Shown in pieces: positions 36,261 through 47,340 of a DNA stretch of 64,000 nucleotides. The stretch spans positions 133,982,001 through 134,046,000 of the forward strand of contig NC_043000.1 in the NCBI RefSeq assembly GCF_006345805.1, in the 5' to 3' direction. This DNA is from Octopus sinensis (Eukaryota). The position numbers and the translations under genes are program-made. Under the pieces are notes generated by a model that was not told where the DNA came from, made no database searches, and saw only the letters and a program-made list of their open reading frames with translations. How positions within the stretch are numbered: position 1 is the stretch's first letter; each line of letters opens with the position of its first letter.

Positions 36261-36566
36261 CACGTGATCACGTGACCGACCAGACCATCAGATGTTGTTA
36301 CACATCACTGGTCACAATGCGTTCGCATTGTTTTAGCCTTCGAATGACGTCACCCCACTGGCTAAGCGAGCAGGCCAACAGAAGAAAGAGTGGGAGAAAG
36401 AGTGGTGAAAGAGTACAGCAGGGATCACCACCCCCTGCCGGAGCCTCGTGGAGCTTTTTAGGTGTTTTCGCTCAATAAACACACACAACGCCCGGTCTGG
36501 GAATCGAAACCGCGATCCTGCGACTGCGAGTCCGTTGCCCTAACCACTAGGCCATTGCGCCTCCAC
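36261..36566 (-). mobile_element. Young SINE type C with a distinct tail
   Basis: Head GTGGAGGCGCAATGGCCTAGTGGTTAGG..GGTTTCGATTCCCAGACCGGGCG; CpG-rich. Confidence 0.88.
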
Positions 36567-36852
36567 ATCATCATCATCATCATCATCGTTTAACGTCCGT
36601 TCTCCATGCTAGCATGGGTTGGACGGTTCGACCGGGGTTCTGGGAAGCCAGAAGGCTGCACCAGGCTCCAGTCTAATCTGGCAATGTTTCTACAGCTGGA
36701 TGCCCTTCCTAACGCCAACCACTCCGTGAGTGTAGTGGGTGCTTTTTACGTGCCACCTGCACAGGTGCCAGGCGAGGCTGGCAACGGCCACGGTCAGATT
36801 GGTGTATTTTATGTGCCACCGGCACGGAAGCCAGTTGAGGCGGTGCTGGCAT

Positions 36853-37295
36853 CGGCCACGAGTAGGATAGTGCTTTTTACGTACCACCAGACCAGGGATC
36901 CTGGCTGGTTCAATTCGATTTCGATTTCGCTTGCCCCAACATGTCTTCACAAGCAAAGGGGGTTGGCATGGGTGCCTGTCGTACGGTCGCATTGGAGTAT
37001 TTTACGTGCCACGGCCACGAGTCGGATAGTGCTTTTTACGTACCACCAGACCAGGGATCCTGGCTGGTTCAATTCGATTTCGATTTCGCTTGCCCCAACA
37101 TGTCTTCACAAGCAAAGGGGGTTGGCATGGGTGCCTGTCGTACGGTCGCATTGGAGTATTTTATGTGCCACGGCCACGAGTCGGATAGTGCTTTTTACGT
37201 ACCACCAGGCCAGGGATCCTGGCTGGTTCAATTCGGTTTTGATTTCGATTTTGCTTGCCCCAACATGTCTTCGCAAGCATGGGGGGTTGGCATGG
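36853..37295. repeat. 159-bp tandem repeat (~2.8 copies) in the RTE 3' UTR
   Basis: CGGCCACGAGT starts at 36853, 37012 and 37171; the first two units are almost identical. Confidence 0.93.
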
Positions 37296-37398
37296 GTGTC
37301 TGTCATCGGATGAGGTTCTATATCGACTTCGCTTGCCTCAACAGGTCTTTGTGTCCAAGGGAGGAAAGGCATTCATAAGTGGGCTGGGCTCACTTGTC

Positions 37399-38902
37399 CT
37401 ACCTGGTCTTCTCACGTACAGAATATTTCCAAAGGTCTCGGTCGCTGGTCATTTCCTCAGTGAGGCCTAAAGTTCGAAGGTCGTGCTTCACCACCTCGTC
37501 CCAGGTTTTCCTGGGTCTACCTCTTCCACAGGTTCCCTCAACTGCTAGGGATTGGCACTTTCTCACACACCTATCTTCATCCATTCTTGCCACATGACCA
37601 TACCAGCGCAATCGTCTCTCTTGCACACCACAACTGATGCTTCTTAGGTACAACATTTCTCTCAAGGTGCTAACGCTCTGTCGAGTATGTACACTGACAT
37701 TACACATCCATCGGAGCATACTGGCTTCATTCCTCACGAGCTTACGCATGTCCTCAGCAGTCACGGCCCATGTTTCGCTGCCATGTAGCATGGCTGTTCG
37801 TACACACGCATCATACAGTCTGCCTTTTACTCTGAGTGAGAGGCCTTTAGTCACCAGCAGAGGTAAGAGCTCCCTAAACTTTGCCCAGGCTATTCTTATT
37901 CTAGCAGTTACACTTTCAGCGCACCCACCCCCACTACTGACTTGGTCACCTAGATAACGGAAGCTATCAACTACTTCTAGTTTTTCCCCCTGGAAAGTGA
38001 CGGAAGTTGTTTTCTGCAGATTTTCGGAGGTTAATGCTCCCGAGCATCTGCCACATACAAAAACTATCTTCCCAGTTAGCCTACCTTTGACATTGCTGCA
38101 CCTCTTATGTGTCCATAGCTTACACTGGGTACATCTTATAGAGTTTCTACCTACACCTTTTCTACAGATCGAGCAGGGCCATCTTCCTGAAGACATTTGT
38201 GGATTGTCTACCTTCCTACTTATTAGTACTTTGGTTTTAGCTAGGTTGACTCTAAGGCCCCTTGATTCTAAACCCTCCTTCCACACCTGGAACTTCTCCT
38301 CCAGTTCTGATAGTGACTCAGCAATAAGAGCAAGGTCGTCAGCGTAGAGGAGCTCCCAGGGACAGCCTGTCTTGAATTCCTCCGTAATTGCCTGGAGTAC
38401 TATGATAAATAGGAGGGGGCTGAGTACTGAACCCTGGTGGACCCCAACCTCTACTTTGAATTCTTCTGTGTACATGTTGCCAACCCTAACCTTACTTACG
38501 GCATCTCTGTACATGGCTTGCACAGTCCTCACCAGCCATTCATCTATCCCTAGTTTCCTCATTGACCACCAGATAAGGGATCGGGGGACCCTATCAAAAG
38601 CTTTCTCCATGTCAACGAAAGCCAGGTACAGGGGCTTATCTTTGGCTAGGTATTTCTCCTGCAGCTGCCTTACCAGGAATATAGCATCAGTGGTACTTTT
38701 CCCTGGCACGAACCCAAACTGCATCTCATCTAAACTAACTCTCTCTCTAATTAGTTGGGCTATGACCCTCTCCGTAACCTTCATTACTTGATCCAACAGC
38801 TTGATACCTCTGTAATTATTTGTATCTAGGGCATCACCTTTACCTTTGTAGCAGTTGACTAGTATGCTGCTGCACCAGTCATTGGGTATGACTCCTTCGT
38901 GT
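37399..38902 (-). CDS. RTE LINE ORF2 fragment: reverse transcriptase (YADD at 38335-38346) plus PHD-like C4HC3 zinc finger; endonuclease missing
   Basis: About 500 uninterrupted codons: NYRGIKLL, QFGFVPGKSTTDAIF, LAFVDMEKAFDRV, GVHQGSVLSPLLF, LLYADDL, FRYLG, GRGRPRKTW. Confidence 0.95.
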
Positions 38903-38929
38903 CCATGACTCCTTCGTGTATGTATATAA

Positions 38930-38973
<44 letters not shown>

Positions 38974-40209
38974 AAATGTATGTGTGTCTGTGTTTGTTTC
39001 CCCAACATCGCTTGACAACCGATGCTGGTGTGTTTACATCCCCGTAACTTAGCAGTTCGGCAAAAGAGACCGATAGAATAAGCACTAGGCTTACAAAGAA
39101 TAAGTCCCGGGGTTGATTTGCTCGACTAAAGGCGGTGCTCCAGCATGGCCGCAGTCAAATGACTGAAACAAGTAAAAGAATAAACTCAGTATGAACCAAA
39201 GAGAGAATCTCAACATTGTCAATAAACCTACTTAAAACAGCAGCCAAATTTTTTATCAAATCACTCACTACTGTCTTAAAAGGTGGAGAGCATTTTGGAT
39301 TAAGTGGTTCTAGGTGCCCGCTGACAGACAAAACAGATGGCACATTCATGGCTCAAACACTTTTGATTATTGATCTTTCAGTTAGGATTCACTTGGAGCT
39401 AAATAAGACTCATAGTGAGGAAACCTTTACATGTCACTTGACCTTTCAGAAATAGTAGCTAAATATATCTTAATTCATCTAAACTCCAGCATCTAAAAAG
39501 AAGACCGAATCATGCTGGAATGTCTTTCATCATATATTTGTTTAATGAGAACTAATTTAAGTTTTAACATCATTAACAACAAACTAGAAATAACAGATAA
39601 ATATCTTTCATCCATCATGAAGAAAAGGAAGAATCATTTGGAATCCAGAATATTTCATACCTAAAAACAAAAAGAAGACAAGAGAACTATGACTTGAACA
39701 CCCTTGGTCAAAAGTCTGCTTTATCAAAGCTGACCTGGAGTTAAACCTCAACTACAACCACAATTGGAATTAAGTCAATAAATCCTAGGTCAGTATTCTC
39801 AGATATTGATTTCGTTTGAAGAAAGTTATATGAATTGATCATAATGTAGTAATGAGACATATTTTAATTAACCAACCCTACTAAATGATCCCTGGGTGTT
39901 CAATGTTGAAATCAACTTCAACAGGATCTGAAGACAAAACAAAAGATGCACTCTTGTTTCTACCAAGGAGACAGACCCAAATATGATCTTCAAATAATTT
40001 TTTAAAAAAACCCCCAAATGATTATTAGGGTGGAATACAGCTTGTTATATCAATCTTGTTATTTTTGCCAACCCCAGAAGGCTGAGATTCATAATATCCA
40101 GGAATGTAATTAAATACTACAAGGCATTTTGTTGGCAACTCTGCCGGTTCTTCCACTTTCCTAATATAACCATATAATATTAATTATTAATGTTAATGAC
40201 AATGACAGT

Positions 40210-40415
40210 GGTGAGCTGGCAGAATTGCTAGCATGCTGGACAAAACGCTTAGTGGCATTTCGTTTGTCCTTAAGGTCTGAGCTCAAAATCTATCAAGATC
40301 AACTTTGCTTTTCATCCTTTTGAAGTCAGTAAAATAAGTACCAGTTGAACACTGAGGTTGATGTATTTGACTTACCCCTTCCCCAAAAATTGCTGGCCTT
40401 GTGCCAAACCAATAT
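40210..40415 (+). mobile_element. SINE type B, degenerate
   Basis: GAGCTGGCAGAATTGCTAGCATGCTGGACAAAACGCTTAG..AAAATAAGTACCAGTTGAACACTG. Confidence 0.8.
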
Positions 40416-42359
40416 TGAAGACATTCTTCAATCTAAACTGAAGATATTTACATTTACATCTTTATTACCATCAGAAATTAAAGTATCACTAGTCAGTTTT
40501 TAACCTACTGTTGAATAGTCACACACACACACACTTTACTAGAAATACAATGACTTCTCTTCTGTCATGTCAAGTTGTTCCCTCTGCACTTCTGTGTTAG
40601 GACACGTCAGTTTTTTTAGAACCTTTTCCACCACTCTTGGTCACTGTCTTTATGCATTTCAATTCCAATCTGTCCAGTATAGAATTAAATGAATTAAATA
40701 TTAATATAACTTCTATGCAAATATTTCATTGATCTCAGTAATTCCAGTGGCAAGCATCTCCTCCCCAGTGTATGGGTGCCTTTGGCTCTTAAGTAGCTCA
40801 TCTCCCTCTGAATGGCTTTTTAAAATCCCACTTTGTACCAACACAGCCACATTACTGGCAAAGTTAAGTTGAGGGCTGGTTTAGCTGTCAATCAATCACT
40901 TGACTATAAACAGGTAGTACTGTATCACATGGTTACCAGGGCCAGGTTTCCATCAGCTTGTAATGGAGTTAGTCCTGACCTGAAAAAAATCTTTCTTGTA
41001 CTTCCTACTTAATTCAACTCACTCTGTCAAATTAGGGTTAGGGTTGTCGTTAATCTCTATACTCTAACATGAAATGAAGTGTTTTGCTCAAGAACACAAC
41101 ACACCACCCAGTCTGAGAATTGAACCCACACACATGCACGAATTGAACCCATACACATGCACAAACAAACACACACACACACGCACAAATACACACACAC
41201 ACATACACTCACACACAAGTGTGTCCGTGTATATAATGGGTTTCTACACAGTTTCCATCTAATCCTGAGTACAACACCTTAACCACTGGGCCATGTGCCT
41301 TCACAAGGAAAAGAGAAAGTAAATAAATAAATAATAATAAATAATCATTAGAGTATCAACAATGCTTTGGGGTTTTAGTCGTGGGTCTTTACATTTTAAG
41401 TACAAATCCAGTTGAGACCAATTTTACCTTTCGTCCTTCTGGTGTCTATAAAATAAAGTACCAGTCAAGTACTGGGGATGATATGATCAACCATTCCCCT
41501 CCATCCAAAATTTCTGGCCTTATACCTGCATTAGAAACAGTCAATTAGTCATTTAGTCAGAAAATATGCAGTAGCTGTGACTTGCGCAAATCATTCCAGA
41601 CTTGGTTCTATTCAGCAATATAATGATGTAAGGACTGTTGTGTTAGTGTAATCCATAAATAAAACCATTTCTAAGGCTTTAAGAAGCCATCTAGGATCCA
41701 AGCAAAATGAGAAAGTATAGTTTATAAAAGCATTTCATCGAAAACAAACAAAAAAATAATTAAAATGCTATGTTCTTTTAATGGAATTTTAGTGTTTTGC
41801 TTTGTTTTGCTTCATGGCAAAGTAGTTTTAGACAGTTGTCGGATTGAATGAGAAACCAAATGACAAGTTAATGGAATGGTAAGAATTAACAGTAATGAAG
41901 TTAATTTTGATATGAAATGTAAAGCTTTCAGGAAATGTTGAATGAGTGATATTTCAAACATGTCCAATTGTTACCATCACTGAAAAATTCCGGTATCTAA
42001 AATGACATTCTACTAAAAGGAAACCATTCATAAAACAAGGAAAGACGAAAGGAAATTGAATATATTTCATTACTGCAATGGGTCTCATAATATGTAAAGG
42101 ATGTAACTGCTGAAATTATCTATCTGTAAATCACACCTACATATCTATGTAATACATATACAGAATATCAGACTTTGATGCAAATATATGATCTGCAATA
42201 CAAATTATATATGATTATTTTATTTACTCTTTATAATGTTAGCTACGATTTGCAAACTGAATATGACAGTCTTTCAGCTGGATGTGCGGAATGGGTATTT
42301 GCACGACACTTTAATGATGAAAGCTGCAGTAGAAACAGTAACCGAATGACAGAGTAACA

Positions 42360-42650
42360 TCAAGATGGTCTGTATTGGTCTGTTAAGAGCCCAAGGACTC
42401 TTAAGGATAGAATCTTTCTTGAGTCATATAGACTCATAGGGCTCATTTCCTGGTTTCTGTCAGGCATTCCCCATTGGATGGGGCACTGGTCCATCACAGG
42501 ATTACTAATTTTCACCAATTGAGTGGACTTGAGCAATGTGAAATTAAGTGTTTTGTTCAAGAACACAACACGTCACCCAGTCCAGGGATCGAAACCACAA
42601 TCTTTTGATCATGAGTCCAATACCCTAACCACTAAGCCATACACCTCCAC
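42360..42650 (-). mobile_element. tRNA-derived SINE (D-like head, different tail)
   Basis: Minus-strand GTGGAGGTGTATGGCTTAGTGGTTAGG..GGTTTCGATCCCTGG..GTTCTTGAACAAAACACTTAATTTCACATTGCTC. Confidence 0.75.
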
Positions 42651-42904
42651 TAGGACTTATAAGGCTAAAGCTTAAACCAGTTTGTATGGTTTATAAGTGA
42701 CTGAGATTACAACACTCTCTGCTGAACAGGATGCTGGTTCATCATGAGGTTAACTTTCTAGCTAATACTGAAACTCATTTACAATGGAGTAGATGGGAGT
42801 AATGTGTTAATGAAGTGATATACTCAAGAACACAACAGACTGCCCCATCCGGGAATTGAAACCACAACCTCACAATTGTAAATGCAACACCTTAATCACT
42901 AAAG

Positions 42905-43089
42905 CAGGGGTCCCCAAATTTTTTAGACCATCGACCCCTTCATGGAATCCTTGACTCCTCATTGATACCCAGGCATGAACAAGAAAGTAAATACATAATA
43001 ACAGTAATTAAGTAGTTGTACATTTATTGACCCCTTGAATAGACCCATCGACCCCCAGGGGTCGATGTCGACCACTTTGGATACCCCTG
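42905..43089. mobile_element. hAT-type MITE
   Basis: TIRs CAGGGGTCCCCAAA / TTTGGATACCCCTG; TSD degenerate. Confidence 0.75.
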
Positions 43090-43216
43090 CCATAGAGCAT
43101 AGGCTATTGATGATTTCTCTCAACTTTATGTTATTTTTTTCTTTTCACAGGTTTTGTTATTTTTGAATTCTCATCAATGTTTCTGTAAATTTGCATTCTC
43201 TAGGTTGAGGTATTAG

Positions 43217-43413
43217 CAGAGCTGGCACTAGGAAGTGCGGGACCCACTTAGAGAATTGTCAGTGGGGCCCTCTACACTACAAAAGCTGAAGATTGATGTT
43301 TAATGCTTCATGTAGTATGCCAGTCCCAGCCAAATGTTTGTTTAAATTGGGCCATGTCTTGGCACAGGATCCAATTTGAGCACATCTGTCTAACTGGCTT
43401 AAAGCCAGCCCTG
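43217..43413. mobile_element. hAT-type MITE with a perfect 8-bp TSD
   Basis: TIRs CAGAGCTGGC / GCCAGCCCTG; GGTATTAG on both sides (43209-43216, 43414-43421). Confidence 0.88.
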
Positions 43414-44152
43414 GGTATTAGCCCTACATAAATCCCTTTTTACCTCTGGAAAGAGGCAATCTATATTAGTTTGACCTTTATCCCTTGATCCGTCCAGCAT
43501 GGGAGACCCTACTATGTGCTTGCATTCAGCTTGTATAACTTTCAGGCTCATTGAGGTAGATAAGCCACTACACAGCAACAAGGAATCGACTTTGTGCTGA
43601 TCTAGATTAGTGCTCCTCGACGTTTACTCACAGGTCACTCCTTTTAGTTTTTTAAAATACTGAACCATGTCATATGAGTAAATTATTTGTCTGCGATCAA
43701 CAATGGTTTAAAACAAGAAATGTAGGTAATGAGAAGCTATGGAATAGTGATTATCTACCACTAATAACGAAATATAAGCAATTTATGGCTTTAAAATAAA
43801 TGCTTGGCAACACTTCTGTACAACAAAACTGCTTCATAATTAGTTTTACTCTGTAATAAATTACATCTATGACCCATGTCATTTGTTTATACACACACAC
43901 ACACACTTATGAAGCCAGCTAATTAGAGTGGTTTTAATGAGAATTTTTTCCTTTTACTTTATTGGGTGTGTGGATGTGTGTGGGTGTGTGTGTGTGTCTA
44001 CTGGTTATAAAAAATGGGGAAGTACTCAATACATTGTATATATATTGTAGAATATATTTCTGATGCTCCAGTGACTTATTTTGAAGTTTCTGTAGCCTGT
44101 TCCCATTTCCTAAAACAGAAGAAGACAGTTGGGAAAATTTCAAACAGGTCAC

Positions 44153-44237
44153 CTGATCACATGGAGGAATAGTGTTCATCACCAATTTGGATGAAAACAC
44201 CAAAATGGAGATGAACTACATTCCTCCATGTGATCAG
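44153..44237. ncRNA. Candidate 85-nt hairpin RNA (pre-miRNA-like) or tiny palindromic MITE remnant
   Basis: CTGATCACATGGAGGAAT-AGT-GTTCATC-A-CCAATTTGG [ATGAAAACA] CCAAAATGG-A-GATGAAC-TAC-ATTCCTCCATGTGATCAG: 18-bp perfect basal stem, about 36 bp paired overall. Confidence 0.4.
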
Positions 44238-44345
44238 CTTGAAAAATTGTTAAGATATTAAGATATTTTTTCTTAACATGAAACCAATGGTAGCCTTAAT
44301 ACACAAATATATATATATATATTATATATATATATATTTATATAA

Positions 44346-44731
44346 GTGGTACTCCGTTGGTTACAACGACAAGGGTTCCAGTTGATCCAATCAATGGAAC
44401 AGCCTGCTCATGAAATTAACGTGCAAGTGGCTGAGTGTTCCACAGACACGTGTACCCTTAACGTAGTTCTCAGAAAGATTCAGCATGTCACGGAGTGTGA
44501 CAAGGCTGGCCCTTTGAAATACAGGTACAACAGAAACAGGAAGAAAGGGTGGATGAGAGAAGGTTGTGGTGAAAGAGTACAGCAGGGTTTGATACCACTC
44601 CCTGCCGGAGCCTCATAGAGCTTTAGGCCTTTTCACTCAATAAACACTCACAATGCCCTGTCTGGGGATCAAAACCATGATCATATAACCGTGAGTCCAC
44701 TGCCCTAACCACTGGACCATTGCACCTCCAC
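44346..44731 (-). mobile_element. SINE with type C head and type D tail
   Basis: Head as at 12725/36261; tail TACTCCGTTGGTTACAACGAC..GAAATTAACGTGCAAG..CAGACACGTGTACCCTTAACGTAG as at 13923. Confidence 0.85.
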
Positions 44732-44814
44732 ACACACACACACACACAATATATATATATATTGTTGTATTTCAGAATGGTCATTTTGCTAGTTTATATA
44801 TGTCCCTAGCAATG

Positions 44815-45214
44815 CATCTGATTGACTTGGTGGGATCGTTATCAATCATGGCCTGGATCTCACCAACGAATTCAGGAGTTCTTTTCTAATCAGAACGATC
44901 AGAGTGAGTTTTCTGAGCTGCTGTACCCTTGTAATCACCATTAAACTCATCCAGCTCTTTCCGAATCCTCTGCGCTATCCTCAGATTGACACCGAAACAC
45001 TCTGAAATGTTCATATTGGAGCTTCCAGTGCAAATGCCAAACATGTCGTTTCCAAATCTTTGGCAGAATGAGTTGCATCATGGTGCTGTTTTTTTCACAG
45101 ATGGTGCCCAACTGACCCTACTATATGGTGTAGTCGACAAAATCAAAAACAAACAATGCTCATGCGCAAAATTAAAAATATAAAATGGCAACAATTTACC
45201 CATCGCACCCTATA
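44815..45214 (-). mobile_element. Tc1/mariner-superfamily left end with transposase HTH remnant
   Basis: Terminus TATAGGGTGCGATGGGTAAATTG; minus-strand GSSNMNISECFGVNLRIAQRIRKELDEFNGDYKG..RTPEFVGEIQAMIDNDPTKSIRCIARD. Confidence 0.8.
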
Positions 45215-45264
45215 TGTGTATATACATACACACACACATTCATACATATATACACAAACATACA

Positions 45265-47340
45265 CACATATGATGGCCATCCACTAGTGACTGAGGAAGA
45301 CATTACTGACCTTTAGGAATATTGTGCACTCTAGGACTAACTTTTATTTTGCATTTGCAGCTCCACTGGTGGCTAATGAGCCCTGCTCTTTTCAAGCGTA
45401 CACAACTGCAAACATTGCAAACCAAGCTTTCCCCATTCACTATACGAGCCGTGTGCTTTTGCGCAGCTCACTTAAGTTCTTCATGCTGGATACGTGCTCT
45501 CTCAAAGGTATCAACCCTACTCCTTAACCTGCTTCCTCTATCTGTAGTGACGACAGCCATTGCTCTCCCAGTCAGTCCCCTGCATACCACAGGCCTTTAA
45601 TGAGGACTTGACACAGTCCTTAAATCGCAGCCTTGGTTTCTGACAGGGTCACTTTTCAAAAACAAGTTCCCTATATAGCATCTGTTTAGGGATCCTGCTA
45701 TCCTTCATTCTAATAAGGTGTCCAGTCCAACATAACTGGTGCTTGTGCACCATTGCCTCAATACTCAAGATATCAGCTTTCCTCAGGACCTGTGTGTCTG
45801 GAGTTTTTAAGGTCCAGCCAACATTCAGAATGTGTCTCAAACATCTCTGATGAAAGCCTTCAAGGACTCTTATATGACGTTTGCAAAGGGTCCGTGTCTC
45901 ATATACAGTACACAGCAATTTTTGTTTGCTTTGTGATGCCATGCTGGGACCAGACATGAGACTCAAGAGACCAGAAAGAATCAGTTACTCTCTGCAGCCT
46001 GAAAGATATTTCATCATCTAGGGAGCAAAAATGGCTGAGTGTGCTGCCCAGGTAGACAAACTTGTCTACCACTTTCAGTATTGTTCCTTCAACCAAGAGA
46101 GCTGGTTCTGCATATGGATTTCCTGGTGCAGGCTGGAACATTACAACAGTCTTGTCCAGCTAATGCTGAGTCCAAACGCCTTGCAAGAAGCAAAAATACG
46201 ATTCATAAGTATTTGCAAGTCATCCACTGTATGGGTGACTAAGTTACAGTCATCTGCATAAAGGAGGTCACGAATAAGAGACTTCAAAACTTTTGAATTG
46301 GCAGCAAATCGGTGCAGATTAAAGAGGCAGCCAGAAGATCAGGATATTCCCAGAGAGCTAACCTTAGCAAAATCACGAGTAAAAGCAGCAGCAAAGTACA
46401 AAGGAAAGAGTGTTGGGGCGAGGATGCCACTCTGCTCAACACCATTCTCTACAGGAATGGGTCCCACCATGCCACCACCAATATTGACCTAAGCCTAAAT
46501 CTCATCATGAAATGATTTAATTATAGATACAAAGTGATCTGGACATCCAAGTTTGCCAAGTATTTTCCATAGCAAGGGCTCTATTCACTGTATCAAAGGC
46601 CTTCGTTAAATCAATGAATACCTGGACAAGATCCATATTCTGCTCATAGCACTTCTGCATCTGTCTTACTGTGAAAATCATATCCATTGTCCCTCTACCA
46701 GACTCAAAGCCACATTGAGATTCAGATAGGATATCATTTACAAGACATCCATTCAGGCAAGTAAAAACAATATTTGCCAGAACCTTGCCAGCAGCTGAGA
46801 GTAGAACAATACCTCTGTAGTTCTCACACATTATTCTGGCTCCTTTTCCTTTATAGAGAGGAAGAATAATTGCATTCTTCCAGTCCTTAGGCATTGCACC
46901 ATCCTTCCAGAATACACTAATAAGTTTATGAAGGGCCTGTATGATGTAATCGCCACCAAATCGCAAGACCTCAGCACAAATTCTATCCCTTCCAGGTGCC
47001 CAACTAAGATGCAATTTACTTATTGCTGTCATTACCTCATCTTTTGAGGGCATGGAATTTAAGAAGCCAATGATAGGTCATTCTTGCATAGTATCAATCA
47101 CTGTTTCATCCACAACTGACTCGTGGTTCAAGAGTTCAGAGAAGTGTTCAATCTGGTGACCTGTGATTTCTGTTGATTTAGTAAATAGAGTAGAAGACTC
47201 CTTGGAAAGCAAAGGAGCTGATGCAGAGCTTTTAGGTCCATAAACTTGCTTCATAAGATGGTAAAGCTTCTTGCTGTCATTTACATCAGCAGCAGCCTGA
47301 CCATCATGAGCAAGATCCTCCCACCAAGTATTCTTGTTAG
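45265..47340 (-). mobile_element. Decayed second RTE lineage (RTE/BovB-like): RT and C-terminal C2HC knuckle
   Basis: 46517-47053 (WKNAIILPLYKGKG..NYRGIVLL..QCGFESGRGTMDMIF..FIDLTKAFDTVNR); FVYLGS at ~46050; VYCI..LLYG-like and LEGFHQRCLRHIL; CNVC-x12-H-x3-C at 45357-45419. Confidence 0.93.

Larger units (their letters stand above)
36567..38919 (-). mobile_element. 5'-truncated young RTE-clade LINE (RT, C-terminus, ~830-bp 3' UTR, (GAT)n tail)
   Basis: Continuous ORF2 remnant, 3' UTR with tandem repeats, tail at 36567-36586. Confidence 0.97.
35790..39185 (+). mobile_element. SINE type A split by ~3 kb of nested insertions (head 35790-35965, tail 38920-39185)
   Basis: Head ends in its TA microsatellite at ~35965; the microsatellite and 3' half resume at ~38920. 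Confidence 0.85.

Noticed and set aside
36020-37378. Recurrent ORFs containing FLQLDALPNANHS (many loci)
   Set aside because: Translation of the non-coding RTE 3' terminal sequence; recurrence reflects copy number, not a protein family
38372-38791. 139-aa and 147-aa ORFs antisense to the RTs (38372-38791, 63397-63840), and similar antisense ORFs in 37637-38347
   Set aside because: Shadow frames of the RTE RT with no independent coding evidence
38903-39018. First ~35 aa of the 539-aa ORF (MSSDVGETNTDTHTF..)
   Set aside because: Chance read-in from the antisense SINE A microsatellite; RT homology begins only at HEGVIPNDW
42245-42345. FQLDVRNGYLH resembles the Copia RT motif QLDVKxAFLxG
   Set aside because: Only about 10 residues, closed by a stop soon after, with no other Copia motifs or LTR nearby
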